Shown here: piece after piece, positions 24,587 to 32,933 of the stretch
Numbering within the stretch: position 1 is the stretch's first letter
Layout: the number at the start of each line of letters is the position of its first letter
Program-made: the position numbers and the translations under genes
The notes under the pieces: model-generated
Database searches by the model: none
Seen by the model: the letters and a program-made list of their open reading frames with translations, nothing else
What the model was told of the DNA's origin: nothing
IMG/VR virus record: IMGVR_UViG_3300048578_000320
Span: 1-36,835 of that record
Length of the DNA stretch: 36,835 nucleotides
DNA from: a virus
Taxonomy: Duplodnaviria; Caudoviricetes
Reading direction: 5' to 3' (one strand)

Positions 24587-25075
24587 TTAGAACAAGCACC
24601 CCTGACTGTCATCCTGCTCGGACATAGGTTGTCCGGCCGGGTTAGACGGGCGGGCAATCACACGCTCGATTGTTCGGCTGGCCAGGTTGTAGGTCAGCCC
24701 CAGCTCGAAGACAGCCTCCGGGTGGCTGTACCCCTTGGCGCTGCTGGTCAGCTTGTCGTAGTCGTCTCGGATTTTGTCGTGGGCTCTGGCCCAGAGCGCA
24801 TCCTTGCAGGATGGCACGTCCAGGGTGGTGCCACCCCAGTGGTTGACGATCCGGCGAGCCGCATGATCGCCGACGATCTCCTGCAGCATCTCGTACCGGC
24901 GCATCCCCCTTGGGTTCCTGGTGCGGCCGAAGGCCACCGGGCAAGGGTATTCCTGGCCCGGCCAGGCAGTAATCAGCCGGGCGGCGGCTTCCAATCCGCC
25001 GATTCTGATAAGGTCCTCCGCAGTCCGTGGGAACTGGGGGAGATTGCGCAGCTCCTGGAGTTCTTCGGGAGTCAT
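24587..25075 (-). CDS. mor: Mor/C-family transcription activator
   Basis: LIRIGGLEAAARLITAWPG...WGGTTLDVPSC...ELGLTYNLASRTIERVI (HTH); position before late genes. Confidence 0.85.
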   Translation of the reverse strand: MTPEELQELRNLPQFPRTAEDLIRIGGLEAAARLITAWPGQEYPCPVAFGRTRNPRGMRRYEMLQEIVGDHAARRIVNHWGGTTLDVPSCKDALWARAHDKIRDDYDKLTSSAKGYSHPEAVFELGLTYNLASRTIERVIARPSNPAGQPMSEQDDSQGCLF

Positions 25076-25311
25076 GATTTCTTCGCTCCTTTGAATATCT
25101 GGCTTTGTTCCAGCCCCTTGGGTTGCCACATCAGGCCGCGATGCTCCAGCCAGGCATACACCAGGCGTTCGTTGAGGGTGCCTATGGCCTCCGGCGTTAC
25201 CTGGAAGTCCACCTTTCTGGCTGGGAGATTCAAGGCGTAGTGGAAGGCTGCCCAGAGCGCCACGGCAGCACCGCACATGGCGCCGGCGAAGAAAACAATG
25301 AAGTCATGCAT
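25072..25311 (-). CDS. Hypothetical membrane protein
   Basis: 79 aa, N-terminal hydrophobic helix, coupled to neighbours. Confidence 0.7.
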   Translation of the reverse strand: MHDFIVFFAGAMCGAAVALWAAFHYALNLPARKVDFQVTPEAIGTLNERLVYAWLEHRGLMWQPKGLEQSQIFKGAKKS

Positions 25312-25834
25312 GCTTGGCTTCCTCTAGCTTCTTCGCCCAGCTCTCCAGAATCTGGATCAGCACGTGCATGTGCACCGGGCCGCAGGTTTCCAGGGGAGCC
25401 ACCACCTTGCACACCTCACCGTTGCGCACGTAGCCCTTGGACTGGGCGATGATCCCCTCCACCCAGGCCTTGGGCATGATGCGGACCTTGGGCTCCTGCA
25501 GGGCGCCGATCTTCTGGGCGCAGCGGTAGATTTTCTTGGCCAGGGCCTGGGTCTCCACCGGCAGGCTGAAGACGAAGGCCCACTCGTTCGCGGGCTTTTT
25601 GTCGGCCTGCACCGGCCGGCGCTTGGCGGGCTGGCCCAGGCCCAGGCGGTCGAACTCTCGCAGCACGGCGTCAGCCTGGGCGAGGCGTTTGATCTGGGTG
25701 GTGCTGGTAACGCCTGCGGTGCGCTGCAGGAGGTCACGGTAGGCGGCATCGTCCAGCAGCTCGGCCACCTGGTGGCGGCGGGTGCGGATGGCGACGATGC
25801 GGCGCTTGAGCTGGTCGGCGGGGAGCATGGCCAT
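25304..25834 (-). CDS. gemA: GemA/gp16 (DUF1018) family regulator
   Basis: DDAAYRDLLQRTAGVTST...VLREFDRLG; position upstream of mor. Confidence 0.78.
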   Translation of the reverse strand: MAMLPADQLKRRIVAIRTRRHQVAELLDDAAYRDLLQRTAGVTSTTQIKRLAQADAVLREFDRLGLGQPAKRRPVQADKKPANEWAFVFSLPVETQALAKKIYRCAQKIGALQEPKVRIMPKAWVEGIIAQSKGYVRNGEVCKVVAPLETCGPVHMHVLIQILESWAKKLEEAKHA

Positions 25835-25836
25835 GA

Positions 25837-26523
25837 CTAGACTCGCTTGAACTCGATCACCCAGACCCAGGGGTTGGCGGCCCAACTGGCGGTGCTGTTG
25901 ATGGATTCCCACAGGTGGCGGTACCAATCCAGCGCCACCAGCTCCTCTGACTGATACGGCTCCACGGGGGCGCTGACATAGCCTTCCTCAACGCAGTCGG
26001 CTGGCGTGATGTCCTGCAGGCGCTCCACCCGGACGGCGGTGATTTCCAGCAGGATGCGGCTGGCCCAGCGGGGCATGAAAATGGAGGGGATCGTGCCGAA
26101 CTGGCGCCAATGCTCTGGGGTTCCTTCGTTGTGGTGCGTTTCCTTGGCGTTTCGCGGAATAAGGTAGTCCTCGGGAACCCTGTAATCCGAACCTCCATCC
26201 TCGAGGAGGTGAAAGCGGTCGCCTTGAGACATCCACGGCTCCCACCCGTCGCCCAGGTCTTCACCGATGCTGAAGTTTTCCCTCACCCACAGCCGGTCGC
26301 CGGGCTGGCCGTAGGGGCAGAGTACGGAAAGGTGCGCGCCCATCGGAGAGCCGCCGCCTTCCGGTTTATTCGGATGATCCAGGAGGCGCCAGTACGGAGC
26401 GATCCCCGGCGCGGTCTTCTCGACGAACTCGCACCCCTTCACCACCAGCCGCGTCTGCGTCTTGGCGCCGTCAAGGATGGCCCGGACCATGGGGTCTATG
26501 AAACGGATAGGATGCTCTTTCAT
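25837..26523 (-). CDS. Conserved phage ASCH/PUA-like protein
   Basis: PMVRAILDGAKTQTR, CPYGQPGDRLWVRE, PSIFMPRWASRILLEIT, NPWVWVIEF. Confidence 0.85.
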   Translation of the reverse strand: MKEHPIRFIDPMVRAILDGAKTQTRLVVKGCEFVEKTAPGIAPYWRLLDHPNKPEGGGSPMGAHLSVLCPYGQPGDRLWVRENFSIGEDLGDGWEPWMSQGDRFHLLEDGGSDYRVPEDYLIPRNAKETHHNEGTPEHWRQFGTIPSIFMPRWASRILLEITAVRVERLQDITPADCVEEGYVSAPVEPYQSEELVALDWYRHLWESINSTASWAANPWVWVIEFKRV

Positions 26524-26550
26524 GTTCTTCTCCTGGAAGTCTTCTGGCCG

Positions 26551-26574
26551 GGCGGCCCCGTTACCGAGGCCGCC
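26551..26574 (-). promoter_or_regulatory. Stem-loop downstream of HU gene
   Basis: GGCGGCCTCG-GTAA-CGGGGCCGCC on minus strand (GNRA loop), no U-tract. Confidence 0.5.
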
Positions 26575-26591
26575 GAGTCAGGGGACTCGGG

Positions 26592-26867
26592 TTAGGGGTT
26601 GAGGGCCTTCTTCAGGGTGATGGAGACGGAGAAGCCGGGGGCCTTCTTCGCGGCGATCTGCACGTCCTCGCCGGTCTTCGGGTTGCGGCCGGTGCGGGCG
26701 GGGCGGTCCTTCACGGTGAAGCGGCCCAGGGAGGGGAAGGCGACGGCATCACCCTCCTGCAGCTGGTTGGTTACCACGTCGGCCGTGGTCTTGAGGATGG
26801 CCTCCACGTCCTTCTTGGAAGCGCCAGAGACTTCGGCGACCTTGGCGATCAGTTCGGCTTGGTTCAT
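26592..26867 (-). CDS. hup: HU-family DNA-binding protein
   Basis: MNQAELIAKVAE...GRFTVKDRPARTGRNPKTGE. Confidence 0.95.
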   Translation of the reverse strand: MNQAELIAKVAEVSGASKKDVEAILKTTADVVTNQLQEGDAVAFPSLGRFTVKDRPARTGRNPKTGEDVQIAAKKAPGFSVSITLKKALNP

Positions 26868-26902
26868 GTGTTGCTCCTTGTGGTTGGTTGCTACGGGAAA
26901 AA

Positions 26903-27094
26903 TCAGTGGCCGACCTGGTCCGCCCAGTGGGTGTCGGTGGCGCCATCGGGGCCGGTGACCTCCACCGCCACCCGGGCCTCACCTTCCGGGCGGTAGAAGC
27001 TCACGGAGACGCCCTCGGGCAGTAGGCGGCCGACCATGGCCACCGCCTGGGCCAGCTCGGCCTGGGCGGTTAAATTGGGCAGGGCATCAGCCAT
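26903..27094 (-). CDS. Hypothetical protein (63 aa)
   Basis: MADALPNLT start overlapping upstream stop; GGAG upstream. Confidence 0.55.
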   Translation of the reverse strand: MADALPNLTAQAELAQAVAMVGRLLPEGVSVSFYRPEGEARVAVEVTGPDGATDTHWADQVGH

Positions 27095-27566
27095 GGAACA
27101 TCTCCCGGGTGCCGCTGGTGAAAAAGGTGACACCGTTACTCCGGCGGCTGCCGTTTCCCTTCGCAGCCCAGGCGACCCAGGCACGAAGGGCATCAACAGC
27201 CGCCATTTTTCCTTCCGCTTCGGGAACTCCGGGAATAAGCAGCTTGCCGGCGCTGGCCCCCTGGCCATGTCGGGCCAGGACGCTGACGCGCCCCTTCAGG
27301 AAGGCATCAGGCCCCGAGGCAAAGACGATGCAGCCGCTGCCATCCGCCTCATCATTCGGTGCAACCTCGCCGAATTCGATCAAGCCGGATTTCCAGCACC
27401 AGGCCAGCATGGGAGTCATGTTGAAGTAGTTGCTGCAGTAGCAGCGCGGGCATACCGACTGGGTAACACCCTGGCAGCCTTTCTTTGGGACGTAGGGGCG
27501 TTCCGATTCCAGGTGCTTGTTACGGCAGCGGCAGCACTGGACGGGGGCGTCTTGACGGTCAGGCAT
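27087..27566 (-). CDS. Zinc-ribbon fused conserved phage early protein
   Basis: CCRC..H..CPRC, then AWCWKSGLIEFG..LARHG..LLIPGVPEA; SD GGAGG. Confidence 0.75.
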   Translation of the reverse strand: MPDRQDAPVQCCRCRNKHLESERPYVPKKGCQGVTQSVCPRCYCSNYFNMTPMLAWCWKSGLIEFGEVAPNDEADGSGCIVFASGPDAFLKGRVSVLARHGQGASAGKLLIPGVPEAEGKMAAVDALRAWVAWAAKGNGSRRSNGVTFFTSGTREMFHG

Positions 27567-28458
27567 TCAGCACCTCCCCCCCAAGCGCTTCCACCAGGGC
27601 CGGGATGAAGTGGCGCAGCTCCCCGGTGAGGATGGCGAGATCCGCATCGAACTTTTCGGCGGCGTTCTCTGCCTGCGTTTCCGCCTGTTCCTTGACCACA
27701 TCCAGGAACGCCAAGCGCTTCACTTCCTGCTTTTCGGTGAGGACCAGGGACATGCGATCGTTCCAGGTCATGGCCAGGCGGGTGGGCAGCTTGCCGGCGG
27801 CGATGTGCTGGCGCACGTCGTCACCTTCCAGGGTGTGGCGGACATAGCGGACGGTGGCCTTGCCCTCCACTGGAGACTTCACTTCGCAGTCCCGGTCGAT
27901 GGTGAAGCCCTCCGGCGCCTCGCCGCTGGCCAGCCACTCGGTCATGGCGGCCGTGGGGGACATGGCGGTGTTGAGGCGCTCCAGGGGGAAGTTGTCCAGG
28001 GCCTTGCCGAGCAGCTCCAGGGCTTCCTCGGCCTTGGAGGCGTTACCGGCATCCACCACCAGCCAGCCGTCCTGGGCATCGATCAGGAGCATGGTGCGGC
28101 GGCACTGGGTGAAGGCACGGGGCAGAAGTTCGTCACGTACCCGCTCCCGCAGCTCCTTCATCTGCTTGCGGCCTACCGGGTAGCCCTGCTGCACGGCCAG
28201 TTCCTCGGCCCGCTCCTGGGCGGTGCGATTGATCACGGCCGAGGGCAGCAGCTTGGCCTCCACCTGGAGGGCCAGCAGGAAGGCCTGGTTGCCGATGGTG
28301 TAGGCCAGGGCATCCCCGGCCGGGGGTACAAAGCCCTTGGTCTGCGGGTCCATCTTCCCGCAGGGCTGGAAGCGCTGGCGCTGCAGCTGCTCGTTCAGGG
28401 CCTGGGCCGTGATGCTCCAGGCCGGCGGCAGGCGGTAGATCATGGCGTTGTGGAACAT
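27559..28458 (-). CDS. rdgC: Recombination-associated protein RdgC
   Basis: MFHNAMIYRL, KLLPSAVI, LLPRAF, MTEWL, KLPTRLAMTW, FDADLAILTGEL..LVEALGGE; start behind AGGAG. Confidence 0.93.
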   Translation of the reverse strand: MFHNAMIYRLPPAWSITAQALNEQLQRQRFQPCGKMDPQTKGFVPPAGDALAYTIGNQAFLLALQVEAKLLPSAVINRTAQERAEELAVQQGYPVGRKQMKELRERVRDELLPRAFTQCRRTMLLIDAQDGWLVVDAGNASKAEEALELLGKALDNFPLERLNTAMSPTAAMTEWLASGEAPEGFTIDRDCEVKSPVEGKATVRYVRHTLEGDDVRQHIAAGKLPTRLAMTWNDRMSLVLTEKQEVKRLAFLDVVKEQAETQAENAAEKFDADLAILTGELRHFIPALVEALGGEVLNA

Positions 28459-28460
28459 GG

Positions 28461-28601
28461 TCAGCTCCTGGTGACTTTGAAGGTGACGGTCTTCGGCGGG
28501 CTGGGGATGATCCAGTCCATCGCCTTGAAGCCGACGCACATGAAGGCGCCCATGGCGAAAGACAGGCCGGCCATGGCGAGGAAATCACGGACCTTTTTCA
28601 T
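28461..28601 (-). CDS. Unlisted 46-aa membrane peptide
   Basis: MKKVRDFLAMAGLSFAMGAFMCVGFKAMDWIIPSPPKTVTFKVTRS; fills the gam-rdgC gap exactly; GGAGG upstream. Confidence 0.65.
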   Translation of the reverse strand: MKKVRDFLAMAGLSFAMGAFMCVGFKAMDWIIPSPPKTVTFKVTRS

Positions 28602-28602
28602 G

Positions 28603-29136
28603 TCAGGCAGCCTCCCCGGCCAGCTCCGCCTCGAAGGGAACCACCACGAAGTCCTCGCCCTGCTGGATGCTGATGCCGGGCACGGTGGCCACGGCTTCCG
28701 GTTCGTTGAGGATGGCTTCCTTGTTCACTTCGTCCTTGGTGCGGATAAAGCGGGTCAGGCCGAGGCGGCGCAGGAGGTCAAGCACCGCCTCGGCGCCGAC
28801 CACACGGACGCTCGGGGGACGCATGCGCCAGGCGACTTCCCCGGTGGTGAGGGCGGCGGTTTTCACCTTGCCGCCGTTGGTGATCTGGTCCCGGTTTGCT
28901 TCGCACCAGGTCTGGACACCCTTGGTCAGCATCTCGATGCGGGACTTGTGGGGCTCGGCCTGGATTTCCCAGCGTTCTTTCACACGGGCCAGCTCGTCGT
29001 TCATGTCGGCAGTCAGGCGGGTCAGTTCGCGCTGGCGTTCGCCGATCTCGCGGATGGCCTCGGCGGTCTGCTCCCGGGTCTGGGGGACAAAGGCCGTGGC
29101 GGCGGCGGTCTTGATGCGGGTCTTTTTGGCAGTCAT
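28603..29136 (-). CDS. gam: Host-nuclease inhibitor Gam (Mu type)
   Basis: VPQTRE..IG..QRE, GVQTWCEANR, TGEVAWRMRPPSV, FIRTKDEVNKEAIL, EDFVVVPFE. Confidence 0.95.
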   Translation of the reverse strand: MTAKKTRIKTAAATAFVPQTREQTAEAIREIGERQRELTRLTADMNDELARVKERWEIQAEPHKSRIEMLTKGVQTWCEANRDQITNGGKVKTAALTTGEVAWRMRPPSVRVVGAEAVLDLLRRLGLTRFIRTKDEVNKEAILNEPEAVATVPGISIQQGEDFVVVPFEAELAGEAA

Positions 29137-29143
29137 AGATTCC

Positions 29144-29380
29144 TCACTCGGTAACGGTTTGGGGGGCCAGGACTTCCAGCTCGTCCTGGTGAAAAAGGGT
29201 CAGGTTGGGGCGCTTGCCCTGGGGGGTGCCGTCCCGGTAGTTGAGAGCGACGGCCACGAAACCGGGCAGGAGCTTGAAGGCGCTGGCGTCGCAGATGACG
29301 CCTGTCCGATCCTGAAGGTGGGCAATCTGCTCACGGCCGGGGCGGTGCCCCGTTACGCGCACGGCGATTCCGGGTTTCAT
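29144..29380 (-). CDS. Hypothetical protein (78 aa)
   Basis: Coupled ORF with SD GAGGAG. Confidence 0.65.
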   Translation of the reverse strand: MKPGIAVRVTGHRPGREQIAHLQDRTGVICDASAFKLLPGFVAVALNYRDGTPQGKRPNLTLFHQDELEVLAPQTVTE

Positions 29381-30258
29381 GCCTTGGTCTCCTCGAGGAC
29401 TTGGGGGTCGAAGCGGGGCGGCCAGGCCGTAATCTCCAGGCAGCCCAGGAAGTAGCCCAGGCGCCGGGTGGCGGAAGGCGGCAGCACCATGACCTGGTTG
29501 TCGTCGGTGATGGAGAGGCGGCCGTCGTCATGGATGGCGAAGCTGACCTCCTGCTCGGAGGACGTATCCGCCCCGGGGGCTGCAGCGGCAACTGCAGGCC
29601 CCGGGGTGGGAGTGGATACGGCGATGGCCACCAATGAAAGGTTGGCACCAGTGCCGTCGCTGACGCTGTTGTTGCCCGACACCTGCGCCTGGTCGGCCGG
29701 GGTGGCAACAGCCCCGGAAGGAGAAGTGGAGGAAGCCAGGTAGTAGGCCCTGGCTCCTTTGCGTTTGGGGTGGTCAGTGGTAGCTGCTACGCCGCTATCC
29801 AGCAGGCGGATCATGGCCGGGTTCCAGCTCGACTGCGTCCGCTCCAGCAGCTCATTGATGTCGCTAGCCGTCATGGGGGCATCGGCGCTGGTTCCCTTCA
29901 GGATGGTCTGCAGGGCAGCATCCAGGTCGATGGCTGGTGCCTTTGCGGGGGTACTCATGGTGTTTCCTCTCTCCGGCCGCGGCGGCCGGGTGAAAGAGCC
30001 CGATGGCGGGCGCTTCTTCGGATTGATGGTGAAGGCGTAGCCGGTGCTGGGCGCCGGCAGGCTGGTCGGCCAGATGGCCAGGAAGGACTCGCCCTTGCGG
30101 GTGATGCGGGCCTGATTCACGGCCCGCTGCGCGTACAGCTCCTCAATGAGGGAGGCAGCCTGCAACTCAGGAATCCCCAGGCGCTTGGCCAGGTGGTCAA
30201 GCCGATCCGGCTGCTGTGACGTGGCCTTGGCGATGGCCTGGAGGATTCGCTGGTGCAT
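29377..30258 (-). CDS. Hypothetical protein with two winged-helix-like regions
   Basis: 293 aa; SD GAGGA; second SD and in-frame ATG at 29958. Confidence 0.7.
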   Translation of the reverse strand: MHQRILQAIAKATSQQPDRLDHLAKRLGIPELQAASLIEELYAQRAVNQARITRKGESFLAIWPTSLPAPSTGYAFTINPKKRPPSGSFTRPPRPERGNTMSTPAKAPAIDLDAALQTILKGTSADAPMTASDINELLERTQSSWNPAMIRLLDSGVAATTDHPKRKGARAYYLASSTSPSGAVATPADQAQVSGNNSVSDGTGANLSLVAIAVSTPTPGPAVAAAAPGADTSSEQEVSFAIHDDGRLSITDDNQVMVLPPSATRRLGYFLGCLEITAWPPRFDPQVLEETKA

Positions 30259-30261
30259 GGC

Positions 30262-30615
30262 TTAGTCCTCAGTCCAGAAGACGCAGCAGTCCATGAAGCG
30301 GCCGGACACGACGGTCTTGCCTTCCTTCTCCTGGAAGCGCTTGTTCGTCAGGCGATCCAGCAGGGGCGCCATGGTCTTGTCGGAACGGGTGACGCAAATC
30401 TCCGGCAGCTGGCCGGCCAGGGCCGTCCAGGCCACCGAGTAGCCCATGGCACGAATCTCCCGCTCGGCCGCAGTGATGGCGGCCAGGCGGACCAGGAACA
30501 CGGGGGTGAAGACTTTGGCCTCGGGCATATCCGCTCCTTCGGTACCGGGATTGATGACAGTCACCCCGGGGAACGGGAAGACTTTGCGGGCGATGCCTTG
30601 CTGTGCGCGGTTCAT
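30262..30615 (-). CDS. Hypothetical early protein
   Basis: Start 30615 (GGAG) or 30528 (AAGGAG); ends in CCVFWTED. Confidence 0.65.
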   Translation of the reverse strand: MNRAQQGIARKVFPFPGVTVINPGTEGADMPEAKVFTPVFLVRLAAITAAEREIRAMGYSVAWTALAGQLPEICVTRSDKTMAPLLDRLTNKRFQEKEGKTVVSGRFMDCCVFWTED

Positions 30616-30986
30616 TGCTGGTCTCCCTTCTCGGGTCGGTTGGGGCAGGTCTGGCATACCTTCCAGACCCGCAGGTCCAGGGGGTTGTGGGTGGGGGGCT
30701 TTTCGTTGCCCCGGTAGCACTCGCGGCGCTCTACCTCCAGGTCGAAGCGGGCCGGGCAGGTAACGCGGTGGAAGCGCTGGATCACCCGGTCGGTAAAGCT
30801 CTGGGGCATGCCCCCCTTCTTCAGGTCATGCAGGGCCTGGCTGACGTAGGAACGGCCTACGCCGAGGCGGATGGCCACCTTGGTGACGCCGCCCTTACCG
30901 GCCGCAGCGACCTCCGCCTTGAGAACTGTCTTCCACAGAGGTTCGTCGGTGGCCGCCAGAGCGGCGGTGGTTGCTTCATTGGTCAT
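30612..30986 (-). CDS. HTH plus Cys-cluster protein of Mu-like early region
   Basis: VTKVAIRLGVGRSYVSQAL; CP..C..PPTHNP..WKVCQTCP. Confidence 0.8.
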   Translation of the reverse strand: MTNEATTAALAATDEPLWKTVLKAEVAAAGKGGVTKVAIRLGVGRSYVSQALHDLKKGGMPQSFTDRVIQRFHRVTCPARFDLEVERRECYRGNEKPPTHNPLDLRVWKVCQTCPNRPEKGDQQ

Positions 30987-31641
30987 TGAGTGCCTCCAGA
31001 TCGGGTTCTTCGCGCCAGACGACGGCGCCGATGTTCGGGTCGTAGACACTGGTCAGGTGCTGGACGATGGGCGGCCGGGGTCCGGGCTCCTTGCCGGTCT
31101 TGGGGTTCTTGCGGCGCATCCCGTACCGAGCCTTGGCACCCCCGGCCCCATTGCGGGCGGGTACGGTTTCTTCCAGGTAGCCGGCCTGCAGCAGGGCGGT
31201 GATGTAGGACTTGGCGGTATCCGCGCTGACCTTGACGGTTGGTGTGGTGGCCATGAAGGCGACTTCAATGCTGTTGAAGTCACCGCCCAACTGGGCCTGG
31301 TTGCGCATGGCCCGCCACAGGTTCTCGTTGATGGCGCCGCGCACGGTTGGCTTGCCGTCCTTGGTCAGCCTGGGAGCCTCCACCCCGTTGTCCTTCACCA
31401 AGCGCAGCCACTTGATGCGGACGATGCCCTTGTTGGCCTTCTCTTCCCGGACCACCTCCAGGTGACCGGCCTTGACCAGGACGGCGCAGTAGGCCCACAC
31501 CACCTGCAGGGATACCTTGGCCGGCTTCTCCAGCTCGGTCTGGCAGAACTCCCGATCCCGGCGGGCGCGGATGGCTTCCCAGATGCGCTGCCGGGGGCTC
31601 TTGCCGCCGATCATTTCGAGGTGGGCGGGCTTACGGGGCAT
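30976..31641 (-). CDS. Tandem winged-helix protein of Mu-like early region
   Basis: RQRIWEAIR, DNGVEAPRL, LWRAMR, YITALLQAGYL, GPRPP, VYDPN. Confidence 0.85.
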   Translation of the reverse strand: MPRKPAHLEMIGGKSPRQRIWEAIRARRDREFCQTELEKPAKVSLQVVWAYCAVLVKAGHLEVVREEKANKGIVRIKWLRLVKDNGVEAPRLTKDGKPTVRGAINENLWRAMRNQAQLGGDFNSIEVAFMATTPTVKVSADTAKSYITALLQAGYLEETVPARNGAGGAKARYGMRRKNPKTGKEPGPRPPIVQHLTSVYDPNIGAVVWREEPDLEALNDQ

Positions 31642-32161
31642 GGGGGGCCTCCCGTAAAGCAGCTTTGACCGCGTTGATGATGCAGCACAGGTATTGGTAG
31701 TTGGGGTTGGGCTTCTTGGGGGTGCGATACCACCACTCATCACCAAGAACCTCAAAACATAGGTCGGACTTTTCCGTGATGTCGTGCGGGTCCAGTGCTA
31801 CTACTCGCTTCCACAGCTCGCGTGCGCGGTCCTTGCCGATATCCGTGGTGAGACGATCCTTGATGATTTCCGTCTTCAGCAGCTGCTCCAGCAGCTCAGA
31901 ATCATCATCATCAATCTCGTCATCAATGCCGGTCTTCAGCTTGTGGGCCAGATAGTCTTCATCGCAGGAGCAGAAGAAATCAGCCAGCTTGGTGGTTTCA
32001 CCCATGTGGGACCAGTAGTGGCTCCAAGCTTCACCAAAGCAGGTAATGGTGATTTTTCCCTGACCAGGGCCGAAGTCTTCGGCGTACACGGTAATGGGGT
32101 CCAGACCTGTCGCATCTGTGATGGTCAGCTTGTTGACCATGGAGTGTTTAACCCGCATCAC
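31631..32161 (-). CDS. Hypothetical phage protein inserted after MuB
   Basis: LDPITVY.ED.GPGQGKITI.CFGEAW; visibly more AT-rich than neighbours. Confidence 0.8.
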   Translation of the reverse strand: MMRVKHSMVNKLTITDATGLDPITVYAEDFGPGQGKITITCFGEAWSHYWSHMGETTKLADFFCSCDEDYLAHKLKTGIDDEIDDDDSELLEQLLKTEIIKDRLTTDIGKDRARELWKRVVALDPHDITEKSDLCFEVLGDEWWYRTPKKPNPNYQYLCCIINAVKAALREAPHAP

Positions 32162-32901
32162 ACCCTCCGCTTCTGGGTTTCGCCGGTGTAGATCGGGCGG
32201 TCACCCCAGAGGGCCGCATCCACCGCGTCCCAGCCGCCCACAGCGGCCTCTTCGGCGATGCTGCGCAGATTCACCACCACCCGGCGCACGGAGCCCTGGG
32301 AGGACGTTACGAGGCGCACCAGGAGGTCGTCGGCGATCTGGAGACCGGGGGCGTAGATCGGGGCCAGCTGCTTGGCATCGCCCAGGGAGATAGGCTGGGC
32401 CGGAACCCAGGCGAGGACGCGGGAGTGGAAGCGTTCCCACTTTTGCAACTTGGTGGGCAGCTGCTCCTCGCCGACCATGAGGATGGCGGCCTGGCCACCG
32501 TCGTGCATGTCGCGGACCAGCTCCAGCATGCTTTCGTTGCGGATGGCATGGTCGAACTCGTCCAGGATCAGGGGGCGGTCACCGGCACCGGCCAGCTGGT
32601 CGCAAACCTGGTCGAGCATGTTGGGGATGGTGCCGTGGGGCTTGATGCCCATTTCCTTGAGAATCTTCTCCAGCAGGGTCTTCCGGCTCCAGGCACTTTT
32701 GATGGAGACGAAGTAGCCGCGATGGACTTGGGCCAGGCGATTGCAGGAGAGGGTTTTGCCCCAGCCGGCCGGGCCGTGGAGGACGCCCAGGCCGGGCAGG
32801 CCGGGGCCGCGCTCCACCAGGCGCTGCAGGGCGACGGCGGTGATGTCCAGGTTGGCGATCTGGGCGATCCCTGGTGCGGAGAGAGTTTGTTGGGTTACCA
32901 T
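32158..32901 (-). CDS. muB: MuB-like AAA+ transposition ATPase
   Basis: Walker A GPAGWGKT, Walker B LILDEFD, ERFHSRV; start behind GAGGAG. Confidence 0.92.
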   Translation of the reverse strand: MVTQQTLSAPGIAQIANLDITAVALQRLVERGPGLPGLGVLHGPAGWGKTLSCNRLAQVHRGYFVSIKSAWSRKTLLEKILKEMGIKPHGTIPNMLDQVCDQLAGAGDRPLILDEFDHAIRNESMLELVRDMHDGGQAAILMVGEEQLPTKLQKWERFHSRVLAWVPAQPISLGDAKQLAPIYAPGLQIADDLLVRLVTSSQGSVRRVVVNLRSIAEEAAVGGWDAVDAALWGDRPIYTGETQKRRV

Positions 32902-32933
32902 TGCGGCTCCTCTAGTAGTTTCAAATTCCGGCC

